A DNA stretch of 61,267 nucleotides, filler included. It is 10 parts of 10 records of this genome, joined end to end, with 100 filler letters (N's around TTAATTAATTAA, not from the genome) between each part and the next. Parts side by side here need not be neighbours in the genome. Positions count along the whole stretch, not along the records: positions 1 to 14,162 come from SRR7504441_11048; positions 14,263 to 26,510 come from SRR7504441_11058; 8 more parts are not named here. One strand, written 5' to 3'. Under the pieces are notes generated by a model. It was not told the DNA's origin. It was given only the letters and a program-made list of their open reading frames with translations, and did not search any database. Shown one piece after another: positions 11,785 to 21,802 of this stretch; within the stretch, counting starts at the first letter, position 1, and every line of letters starts with the position of its first letter. The translations under genes were made by a program, and so were the position numbers.

Positions 11785-12570
11785 CTATGCAATAAGGCAC
11801 CCATTGCCGTCGCTAGAATAGAACGAGCAACATTCCTGCTCGGAAAACTTGCCGGTGCCTTCACTCTCGCGCATGCTCAGCCTGCCCACAACTCGGCCCG
11901 CACAGCCGGCTCTCCGCACCGCGGCATCGGCATCGGCAGCGTGTCCTCCTTGCTGTCTAGCACGACCTCCTTCCAGTCCTCGGAGCACACAACGTCCACG
12001 TCGCACTTGTCGGTGTCGCCCTTGGCGCCGGGCTCGGTCTCCTCGTCCAGGTAGAACCTGAGCCAACTTAACAGCTGGGTTACCTAGCCTCACCTGATGA
12101 ATTCCTCTCGGCTGTCAAACTGGACCGCATGCCGGGCGCCCAGCCGGGCAACCAATGCGGGGCCGTAAGTGGGGCTCGGGCCGCCCGGGCTCGACGCGGT
12201 CAGCAGCGAGCTGGGCGTGCGGGAGGTGTCCGAGGGCAGGCTCCTGAAGCTCGCCGAGTCGGAGGGTAGGCTAGGGGTGTCCCCGGAGAGCCGCCGGACC
12301 TCGGCCTCGATCGCGCTAATCTCTTGGTCCAACGGGTCCTCCTCCGATAGCCTGGGGGCCGGGGCTGCCTGTGGCCGGCCGGTCTGAGCCTGGAGGACCG
12401 CCATAACCTCCTGCCGGGCTCGTCAGGGCCGGGCTCGGACCGGGGCGGGCCTGGGTGGTGAGCGTGCCCTCGTCTTCACCACCACACTTGAGCCACAGCT
12501 TTGAGGCCTCCCGTTGGAGCTCGGCCCGGTGGGCCTCCCTCCGCGGGATGTTCCGCGCAGTCGCCACCAT
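11785..12570 (-). CDS. EF-hand-like protein with C-terminal CaaX (CLIA); 3 introns
   Basis: EDEGTLTTQ|EVMAVL is restored by GC-AG intron 12411-12450; FDSREEFIRFY follows; spliced frame ends ...DGNGCLIA*. Confidence 0.65.
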
Positions 12571-12616
12571 CGCTGTTTTTGTTGACCGCCGACAAACACG
12601 CAATTGTGGGTCCACA

Positions 12617-12824
12617 ATGCTTCAAGCTCACGGGTTCACGGGCTCACTGGCACGCCAGTTGAACCAGTTCAAGGGGCGTGCGCGATCACGCGCCGGTGAT
12701 GGCGGTCTGGACTATGATCAAGTGGGACGTCGAGTGGGACGGGGACGTGACTGCGCTCTTCCTGTTCAACGCGGTGCTCCTGTTCTACAAGACCAAACAC
12801 CATCTGGAACGCGCTAGCCGCTGA
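12617..12824 (+). CDS. Putative small membrane protein (~55 aa, one 40-nt intron)
   Basis: MLQAHG, then a 40-nt GT..AG intron, then GVRDHAPVMAVWTMIKWDVEWDGDVTALFLFNAVLLFYKTKHHLERASR*. GC3-rich codons. Confidence 0.35.
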
Positions 12825-13050
12825 ACTAGGTCGCCGAGAAACTCTAGAGAAAAGGGTCCCGGTGACATGTTGGCGAGCCGTAGCTACTGCGCAGATCAAG
12901 GTCGGGAATCCTATATTCGTTGTTATAAAACAGCTACTATAAAATCTCAGTCCGGCCTAAGTCCGGCCGCTGTCCTAGATCCTACAATAAACTTGCGGTG
13001 ATGTTCAAAGAACTACTTCCTCAAGTACTCAGGTCGATGACAATCGATAT

Positions 13051-13891
13051 CTAGCTGTTGTCATTGTCATCCATACCCAATGCCGAGTTGATAGGATTGT
13101 CCCCGTCAAGGGTTTGGTTGACAACAGTGGCCGACAAGTTTGTCATTGCCCTAAGACGAGTCCTCAGAACCGCACCGCTCCCCATCTGCTCCAACCATCA
13201 CTCAGCCACTCTCAGGACACCAAACGGCACCTTCGCAAAGGGTGAACTGCCCTCTAACGTTTGCTTGAGGTAGCCTAAGCACCCGCACAGCTGGTTCAGT
13301 GGGCCGCCAAGCCATCCACCTGATGTGATTAGGCCTGTGTAGGCGTCCACGAGTAGTTCTCCGTCCTCTTCAACTGTACTGCTCTCACTAGACGCCTCGC
13401 CCAAGCTCGAATCCCCTGTGGCCTCACTCCTGAAGCAAAAGCGCCACTCAGCAACCGGCAGCAAGCCCTGCACACACCACGACTGCACACGGATCTTCAC
13501 CTCTCCATGCCGATTGCTTCCACACAGTCCTTGACTCGACCCAAAGACAGCGACACACTTTTCTGGCAGCGGTGGCATTGAGAGCAATGTGTACTTTTCC
13601 TTCTGCATGCTCTTGCCATCCTGGTCCTGCCGCTGGACCTCTACTAATCGCTCCCACGAGTCTCCGACACCAACTGGCGAGCTTGGGAAGATGCTGAAAA
13701 ACCGGTTGACTTCCTCCTCAATCATGCTGTCATAGCCCATGAAGTCCGGGAGCCGAAACTCGTCGGACTCGTTGGTAGCATGGTGCCGCGCGACAGCGTC
13801 CTCGCCCACTAATATAGCCCCCTGCGACAGCCGGTTGGAGGGGCAAAATAGACGACGGCTCAGCCAGCAAGGCCAGTAAGATGGGTGGCAT
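13051..13891 (-). CDS. Secreted protein resembling the bacterial DUF6263-type beta-rich family; 4 introns
   Basis: Signal peptide MPPILLALL|GAILVG; FPSSPVGVGDSW motif; G-x-L-x-VDxxTGLI. Family call is from memory of the motif only. Confidence 0.55.
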
Positions 13892-14162
13892 GTCGCACAG
13901 TTGCAGCACAGTACTAATAGTCAGCTCACATAGAGTACTGCAATATCCAACACATGCGGATATAATGTTGCACCATGTACCATACTGCGATAGGCAAAAC
14001 TCTGTCTATCGACCTCGTGTTGGTGCAAGTTTGATCTATCTAGCGCGGGAGCTCGCACCTGTATCTGACCGCTCGGCGGTGCCCTCAGCACGGCGCTTGT
14101 ACTCGCAGAGACCTGCGCCTGCGAGTTAGCATGTGCGCCAGGACTCGATGACCATGACAGAC

Positions 14163-14262
14163 NNNNNNNNNNNNNNNNNNNNNNNNNNNNNNNNNNNNNN
14201 NNNNNNTTAATTAATTAANNNNNNNNNNNNNNNNNNNNNNNNNNNNNNNNNNNNNNNNNNNN
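14163..14262. other. Artificial contig spacer (44N-TTAATTAATTAA-44N); identical spacers at 26511-26610, 31363-31462, 35329-35428, 38509-38608, 41945-42044, 49169-49268, 52457-52556, 57273-57372
   Basis: Identical 100-nt layout with a six-frame-stop linker at nine sites. Confidence 0.98.
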
Positions 14263-14335
14263 GTTACAAGCCAGTTCGCTGATTTAGATGTCCAGTTAGA
14301 GGTTTGTCCGCGTGGGGCACGTACGCGTGCTCGTA

Positions 14336-15875
14336 TCATGGTGGGTAGGTCCAATCTGGCAGCCCAGTGCATTGATTCAGGGCCGCAAAGCAATTGCTCC
14401 TGGCGCACTTGTCGCAAGCAGCCCCCTCCGGGTCGGTCAGGCACTTGCCCAGGCAATGGGCCTGCACGCAGAAGCCCTCGTCTACCCAGCACCGGGCACA
14501 CTCGGGGCTCCAATGCATTGCTGCCACCACTCCATCAGTGGCGCAGCTCGTCTTGTCCCTCGAAAGCTCACACCTGAGCAGAGCGGCCTGGATCGCGCCT
14601 TTCATCGTCTGGTTCCGGTTTCGCTGCTGGAGCAGGTCCGGTGCGTTTCCGCACGCCCCGCGGTCTTTGGTCTTGACTGACTGGGGTTCACTCCAGCTGG
14701 CCTCGCCCTGCGTGTTCGTTACCCCGACTCGCACATTGTACACAGTGGCCGGCAGCACATGTTCCGTGTACACAAAGCTGCGGAGCTCGCCGGGCAGCGT
14801 CCTGACCGTGGCCAGCTGGCCGGTCCTGTGATCCCACCAGTCGTCCACTTGCACTGTGACTGACGCCAATCCGCCAGCTGAGGCGCTCGTCGAACTCGCC
14901 CAGCGCAACTCAAACCCTTCACAACACCCCCGGTGAGCTCTGCGGCCCGAGCTGGGCACCGTCAGCCGAGACTGAGCTGATGTTGAGCACGGGCTGGGCG
15001 GGGGCAGCAGAGCTCGAGCACGACCACGCGGGCAGCCCGGCCACTCCAGCAAGCCGCGACGTGTTCACACAGGTGAGCGGGTCACTCAGCGGGCTGCGGC
15101 CAGCCGAATTGGCCACTGTCGACCAGAAGACCACCAGGCCGTACTGGCTGGCGTTGGCCACCGTACAGTTCTGTCCCGGGGCGATTTGCTCACGCCGCGC
15201 CCCACAGCCCGAGGCGTCGAGCCCTGAGCACATGAGTGACTCGCAATAGTAGCTCATGTTGTGATCGCCACCGTCGTCCGAGTGTCCTTGCAGCAGCTGC
15301 GGCGGCAGCACGCGCACCTGGAGCGATCCGTTGGTCGAGAGCACACTCGGCGGCCCCGGCTGGCCCGGCCTGGCTATCGCAGCTGTACTGTTGCACAGCC
15401 CGGCCGACCACGCGCTGGTCTGTGCTACTGTGTAGCCCCGGATCCGAAAGCAGTACTGGCGGGAGCCGTCCAGGCCGGCCGCCACCCACTGGCCCACCGC
15501 CCCGACCAGCCGGCTCCGCTTGCCCGGCCAAATCGGCTGGTCGGCCTGGGTCTCCAGCTCCCATTGGACGTCGCCCAGCCCCGCCCAGCGGACTTGGAGC
15601 CAGCCCGGATGCACCGCCGCGACCTGCACGATCCGCGGTGTGGCCAGCGGGGTGAGCTGGCCGGAGCCGCCGTGGGAGCTGCTAAGCTCGAGGAAGACCA
15701 CCAGTCCTGCCCCCACCAGCGCCATCGCGGCGAAAAACCCGAGCCCGAAGCCGCACACGTCCCGGGTCCGGATCCGACCGCAGCAGACCCGCTTGGCCGG
15801 GTCGGGCTTGGGGTCCTCGTCCGGTACCAACGGCTCCGCCAGCTCCTCCGGAGGAGGCGCTCTGCTTGTTGCCAT
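14336..15875 (-). CDS. Type II membrane protein with fibronectin type III repeats and a C-terminal Cys-rich domain
   Basis: TM FGLGFFAAMALVGAGLVVFL; FN3 motifs GLDGSRQYCFRIRG and LPATVYNVRVGVTNxQGEASWS; 43-nt intron near 14917-14959; about 12-Cys tail. Confidence 0.75.
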
Positions 15876-15972
15876 CGAGATGTGGTCAGACGTTCAGTTC
15901 CCACAACGGACGATTTGGGCGGTCTGCGGTACCCGGCGGCCCGCTGTGAGCGCTTCCGGGGGGCGACCAACA

Positions 15973-17083
15973 ATGTCCCGGTGGGCGGAGCTGCCCGGTC
16001 CCCTGTGCGAGCTGATTGCGCTGGCGGCCCTGGGCCCGGACTGGGGGCTCCCGCTGGAGCGCACCGGGGCGCCAGTCTCCCGGCGGCGGGCCGTGCACCG
16101 GCCCAACTTCCGGGCCGCCCAGCGCGGCTGGCGGGATGCGGCCGACCGAACCGTGCGCACAGCACAGCTCCGCCCGCCCGGCCTGGGCTGCCTGGACGTA
16201 CTGGCCGGCCCGCGGTTCCCAAAGCTCCGTCGGGCGGTGCTCGCGCTGGCCGTCCGCCAGCTGGCTGCCCGCCCGCCGGAGCCGCTGGACCGAGTGCACG
16301 GGCGGCTGGAGGTCGAGATCGAGCTGTACGAGCCGATTCAAGACCTCCCTCGGCGACGGCGGCCCGCGGCCGGACGGATCTCGCGCGGGCTGCTGGAGGC
16401 GGTGGGGCGCGGGTGCGGGCCGGTGCGGGTGCTCCGGGTGCTCCAAGCCAGCCACGGGGGCATGCTCGCGCCATCGGCCGAGGCCGGGCTGGCGGCGTTC
16501 AACGGGCTGAGGGCAGTCAACCTGCGCGGACAGCCGCTGGATGGGCCGGGGGCGGTGCGGGTGCTGCTGGCGGTCGGCACGCTCCAGTCAGCGGTGCTCT
16601 CCAACAACCGGCTGCTAGAGGGCGTGTGCACTGCACAAGTGAGCGCGCCCCAGCTGGAGGTGTCGGCCGCGCAGGGCCACCGGGCATCGGCGGGGCAGGA
16701 GCTGGACCTGCACCGGACCGGGCTGGACGACCGCGACTTGGAGGTTGGCCCTCGGCAATCAGCCAACCATCTGTGGCCTGCAGGCCATATTGGATCCGAG
16801 GTTTTGCCCCAAGCTGCGGAGGGTCTGTCTGGACGGATGCACTCGGCTGGTCGAGCCGGAGCTTACCAAACTAGGGCTCGGCCGACTGGCGGGCGTCTGG
16901 ATCAGCTATTCAGAGCACGGAATGAGCACTTCATCGCTTTCGTTAGAAGTGCGACGCGCGTTTGCTCCTTTGCGGTGAGTCGAGGGCGAGTCTGACCGGA
17001 CGGGGGGCAGGCAACAAGTGACATCAAGCTATTCAGATCTGATGCAAGGCAAGCATGAGCGTTTCGGAATAATGCTCCAATAA
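15973..17083 (+). CDS. F-box-like / RNI-type LRR protein (spliced)
   Basis: MSRWAELPGPLCELI F-box-like start; LRR-like LRAVNLRG, LQSAVLSNN, LDLHRTGL, CPKLRRVCLDGC. The 3' end is approximate. Confidence 0.6.
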
Positions 17084-17315
17084 TCAGAATGGTTTCCTCT
17101 GGCCATGAAGTATTAAATCAAAGTATACAAGTCATGTATCCGTAGGCGCCACCAGTCGTACGTACAAAACGAGATAAGTAACATTGAATAACACTCTAAA
17201 TCCAGTCCACTAATTAGTGGGACCCCGCGGAATTCGGATTGCAGGCGTCGCCTGCGTTGCGGGATGGCCGATGCAATCGATGCATTTTATATAACTTTAT
17301 GTACGACTTTCATGA

Positions 17316-18746
17316 TCATTGTTGCTCGGGACCGGTCGCCGGCACAGTAACTGCCTTGAGCAAGTCCTCTTGACTGATCTTCGCACCGCTACTCCACTCG
17401 AGCGCCTTTGAATCCCTGTATCCGGCGGTCCCAGCCACAAAAGTTAATCCTTGGTTCTGGTGAGTGAGCGCCGGGATCGTTTTCTTCAAGACCGCCTCGG
17501 CCGAACTGGCCGGAAACACTCGTTTGAGCCTCACCATCGCGGGCGACTTGGAGTGATCGAATTTGGACTCTCCAGGCTGCTTGCGCGGAGTCACTAGCTC
17601 GGCATCGATGCACTGCAGCCGCTTCTCCAGGCTGGCTTGCTTGAACATCGCAATCGACTCGAACACGAGCACGTCGACTAGCATCAGCCGCGGGACCAAC
17701 TGCCCTTTCTCGCGGTCCACTACCAGCTCGGCTTCGAGCACCGTTTGATCCACCAGTGTGTCCCTTTGCTTGCGTCGTGGGAAGTACAGCCCGCTCAGCT
17801 CCCAGCACTGGCTGGCACTGTACGGGAGTCCAAAGCAGATCACTCGCCCGCCGCTGAGTAGCATCAGCAGCCGCTGGTGTCCGACCGGTCGCCAGGTTAC
17901 TTTGTAGCTCGTCGGGTCGATCTGACTGGTCGCCTGCAGCTGCTCGACCACCCTCGGCCCGCCGCCCGACAACGCAACCAGCCGCTGCCAGAGCTGCTCA
18001 GCCTCCTCGCCGCCCAGATGACGCGCCCCGCGCAAAGTGCCAACCTGCTGGTCGGGGTACACTGGCCGCTTGACTGGCCGCTTTGGGGGCGGCGGAAGCA
18101 TAGAGAGTGCAGAGCTGCCCTGCGTCCACCAGCCGGGCGGCTGGACCACAGGCATAAGCGCCAGGTCCTCGTCGTACCGCTGCCAGAGCGCCTGGAGCGC
18201 CGGGCGCGAGAACAGCCCGGGCGGCCGGGCCTGAGCGAACCGGTGGACGGCGGCGTCCAATGCCCAGTCGAGATGCTCCACCAGGAAGCCGCAGATCAGG
18301 AAGCCGGTGAGCGTGAAGCCATACTGGCAGTGCACTCCGATCAGCTGGTCTGGGTAGCACGCCATGAACCCGCTCACGCCCTGGACGAAGTCCGCCAACT
18401 GCTGCTCGCCCGGCAGCTCCCCGGCGCACTCGAGCGCCAGCGCGCTCACCCCGGCCTCGGCCCAGGCCTTGGCGAGCTCCTGGGCGAGCGGGCAGTCCGG
18501 GCGGCTGATCGAGACGACCATTCCGATCTTCTGCCGCTGGGCAGCCAGCAGCATGGCCGGGGTGAAGGCGTTGGCTTCGTCCGGCACGCTGGTGCGCGGC
18601 TGCTTGAACGGGACCAAGCTGGTGCCGGCCAGCTGCGAGCCCCGGCGAGGGCAGTCGCGCCAGCGGCTGTATGCCAGCTCGTCCTCGCCACCAGAGCTGC
18701 CCTCCCCCGGCCCGCTCTTGAACCGCTTGGCCGGACCCGGCTGCAT
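17316..18746 (-). CDS. RNGTT-type mRNA capping enzyme homologue (Cys-phosphatase + nucleotidyltransferase domains), apparently catalytically degenerate
   Basis: RWRDCPRRG; LIGVHCQYGFTLTGFLICGFLVE...FAQARPPG; GTase-like YKVTWRPVG, TVLEAELV, LMLVDVL, QGLTF, LEWS. Single open ORF. Confidence 0.85.
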   Translation of the reverse strand: MQPGPAKRFKSGPGEGSSGGEDELAYSRWRDCPRRGSQLAGTSLVPFKQPRTSVPDEANAFTPAMLLAAQRQKIGMVVSISRPDCPLAQELAKAWAEAGVSALALECAGELPGEQQLADFVQGVSGFMACYPDQLIGVHCQYGFTLTGFLICGFLVEHLDWALDAAVHRFAQARPPGLFSRPALQALWQRYDEDLALMPVVQPPGWWTQGSSALSMLPPPPKRPVKRPVYPDQQVGTLRGARHLGGEEAEQLWQRLVALSGGGPRVVEQLQATSQIDPTSYKVTWRPVGHQRLLMLLSGGRVICFGLPYSASQCWELSGLYFPRRKQRDTLVDQTVLEAELVVDREKGQLVPRLMLVDVLVFESIAMFKQASLEKRLQCIDAELVTPRKQPGESKFDHSKSPAMVRLKRVFPASSAEAVLKKTIPALTHQNQGLTFVAGTAGYRDSKALEWSSGAKISQEDLLKAVTVPATGPEQQ

Positions 18747-18854
18747 AGCTCTCCGTCACTTTTTTTTTTTTCCTCACCCCCGACGACAACCCGCCGGCGC
18801 GGTCACTGGGTCTACCGCGATGTACCGGGGCGGCTAGGCCAGGCACCCGTCCGG

Positions 18855-19868
18855 ATGCCGTTTCCGCTGGACCTGCGCCAGCCGATGAGCCCGGCCCCGG
18901 CCCCGGCCGAGGCCCCGCCCGACTCACCGCCCGACCCGCCGGTGCCCGCGCTGCCGCACTTCGCGGTGCGGCCTGCCGAGCGGCCGGCCGAGGCTCGTTC
19001 CGACGAGGCCAAGATCAAGCGCCGGGTGGAGGAGCTGAACCAGCTGGTCCACGCCAAGCAGCAGCGGCTGTTGGTCACCCCCAGGAGCCAGCGGGACGCG
19101 CTCCGGCGCGAGCTGGACGAGCTGGAGGCCGAGGTCCGCCGACTCCAACTCTGTACGCCCCCCCCCCCCCCTGCGGCGGCTCACCCGGCCCCAGCACGGC
19201 AGGCCGCCCGGGATGGACTCCCCTCGTTCTTCTCCACCGCCACCGACAAGCCGCCCCAGCGGGAACCAGCCGATCCGATCGCAGAGGCCATCGCGGAAGC
19301 GGACGCCGGGTCCAGTCGGTGCTTCCTGTCCCAACTGCGGACCTGGGAGGACATTGCGAGCCCGGAGTCCCAGCCGGCCCGGCAGGAGTCGCCGCCGCTG
19401 TCGCCGGCCCAACGGATTAAGTGCAGCCACCACATGGAGAATCGGATCCGACTGCATAACGAGCTCAGGCAGCTCGCAAGAGGCAGCCAGCCGTCAGACG
19501 ACGACCCGGGGGACGTGGACGCGATGAGCGACGCGCAGGTGCACACCGCGCTGTGCGAGTATATGATGCAACACGACGAGCGGATGGTGCAGGGGCTGGC
19601 TAGTATGTCATCCGGCACTAAGAGGGCGTACTTGCGCCAATCGTTCAAAATAAAGCCGAGGGGCAAGCCAGCCAGCCAGCGGTCGCCAGTGATGGCCGAG
19701 CTGGTGGCCCAGGCGGTCGGCAGGCAGGTGCCAGAGAGGCATTTGGCTGTGCTGCTCAAGGAGCCCTCAGCAAAAATGCGAGGCGATTTCGATGTGGCGT
19801 ACGGGCCAGGCGCGGCAGACAAGGTACTTCAAGCTGTAAGGGAGGCCAAGCAGCGGCGCACCAACTAA
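18855..19868 (+). CDS. Hypothetical coiled-coil protein
   Basis: GC3-rich open frame from ATG 18855; heptad segment KIKRRVEELNQL...LDELEAEVRRL. Confidence 0.65.
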   Translation: MPFPLDLRQPMSPAPAPAEAPPDSPPDPPVPALPHFAVRPAERPAEARSDEAKIKRRVEELNQLVHAKQQRLLVTPRSQRDALRRELDELEAEVRRLQLCTPPPPPAAAHPAPARQAARDGLPSFFSTATDKPPQREPADPIAEAIAEADAGSSRCFLSQLRTWEDIASPESQPARQESPPLSPAQRIKCSHHMENRIRLHNELRQLARGSQPSDDDPGDVDAMSDAQVHTALCEYMMQHDERMVQGLASMSSGTKRAYLRQSFKIKPRGKPASQRSPVMAELVAQAVGRQVPERHLAVLLKEPSAKMRGDFDVAYGPGAADKVLQAVREAKQRRTN

Positions 19869-20356
19869 TCGGTGCCCAGTATACTCGTCAGGCTATGCTC
19901 TTGGGCATCGGGAAATTCGCCACGTAAATGAGCTTCTATGAGCTTCTAAAGGAGAGCTCTTGTCATAAAACTCAAAGCACTGCGATAACATTCTGAGTTA
20001 GGGGCAATGACTCATTGCTGCTGTTTGGCTTCACTCGAGCGCCTCCAGGTCCACCGGCCACCCGCGGCCACCGCGAGCTTCCGCTGCAATGCGGCCAGCC
20101 GAGCCTGCCCGTCGGGCTCTGCGCCGCTCATTGCTGGGGTGGCCGTTGGTTACCGTGGTGGTGCCTCCCGGGCGATCGGGTGGGTCCGCTCAGTCACGCC
20201 AGTCATGACTGACATTCATGACTGCGCATTCGCACGTGCTTCGCATGGCTTCGGTTGGCCGCAAGTTGGCCGTACAGCAGCAGATCAGTAACGTTAACGG
20301 CAAATCAGCGCGTACAGCCTACCCCAGCCTACCCATACGCAGCCGGGTGGCAGGGG

Positions 20357-21008
<652 letters not shown>

Positions 21009-21228
21009 CACCGCATCTCACCTATTTATCACCTATTGAGACTAACCCGCGTGATCTGACCGCCTCGTGGGCAGCGCTGCATATTTGAATGACATATGAT
21101 CGCCCTTTACAAAGCGCTCGCGAGCTCAACTCTTTTCAGCTCGATTTAACAGAGATAACCGAATAATTGGAAATACGAACTCCCACAAGAGGAAACCGCA
21201 CAGGGGCGCGAACAAACGTGACGCAACA

Positions 21229-21679
21229 CATGGAAGCTCCGCCACGAACCTTGCGCGCCAAGAGGCGCAGGGCGGCAGCCGCATCGGAGCAGCCGCCCGC
21301 CAGCTGCCCCGCCGCCGACTCGGGCCTGGCTGCTGCTCGGAAGAAGCCGCGGCTGGAGCTGAGCCCTCCGGCCGAGATGGCGATGGGGCCGGGGGAGGTC
21401 CGGGACGCCATGCGGTGGATCGGGGAGGTGTCGCACTCGTCGCTGAGCCAGCTCGAGCTCAGCCGGTCTTTGTCGGAGGAGCTGCAGGTGTTCTTTCAGC
21501 AGGAGCCGCGGAGCCAAGCCGAGTTGATACTCGCGCGGTGCTGCAGCTCGGCTTCTGCTCTGGGCGCCGAGGCCGAGGGCGGGCGGCTGCAGGAGGAGCA
21601 ACGGCCGCAGAGCTGCCCGGTCGACGGACCGAGGGCGCCTCAGCTGCCTGAGCTGCGAGTGGGTACCGGGTTGACCTAA
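21229..21679 (+). CDS. Hypothetical protein with basic NLS-like motifs
   Basis: GC3-rich ORF flanked by AT-rich DNA; AKRRR and RKKPRL. Confidence 0.5.
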
Positions 21680-21802
21680 ACCGCAGCACAATCCGTATTC
21701 AAGTGCTTGTACATTTTCGCAATTCATAGCTATGGGGAGGCCTAGCCTTTGATTACACACATGTACATGTAAAATGCGATGATAATTCTAGTATGTATAG
21801 CG

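Noticed and set aside
17208-17255. Palindrome CCACTAATTAGTGG and inverted repeat GCAGGCG-T-CGCCTGC
   Set aside because: Short and isolated, with no matching partner end or element.
20011-20131. Short minus-strand ORF MSGAEPDGQARLAALQRKL...
   Set aside because: About 39 aa with no motif; not enough support to call a gene.
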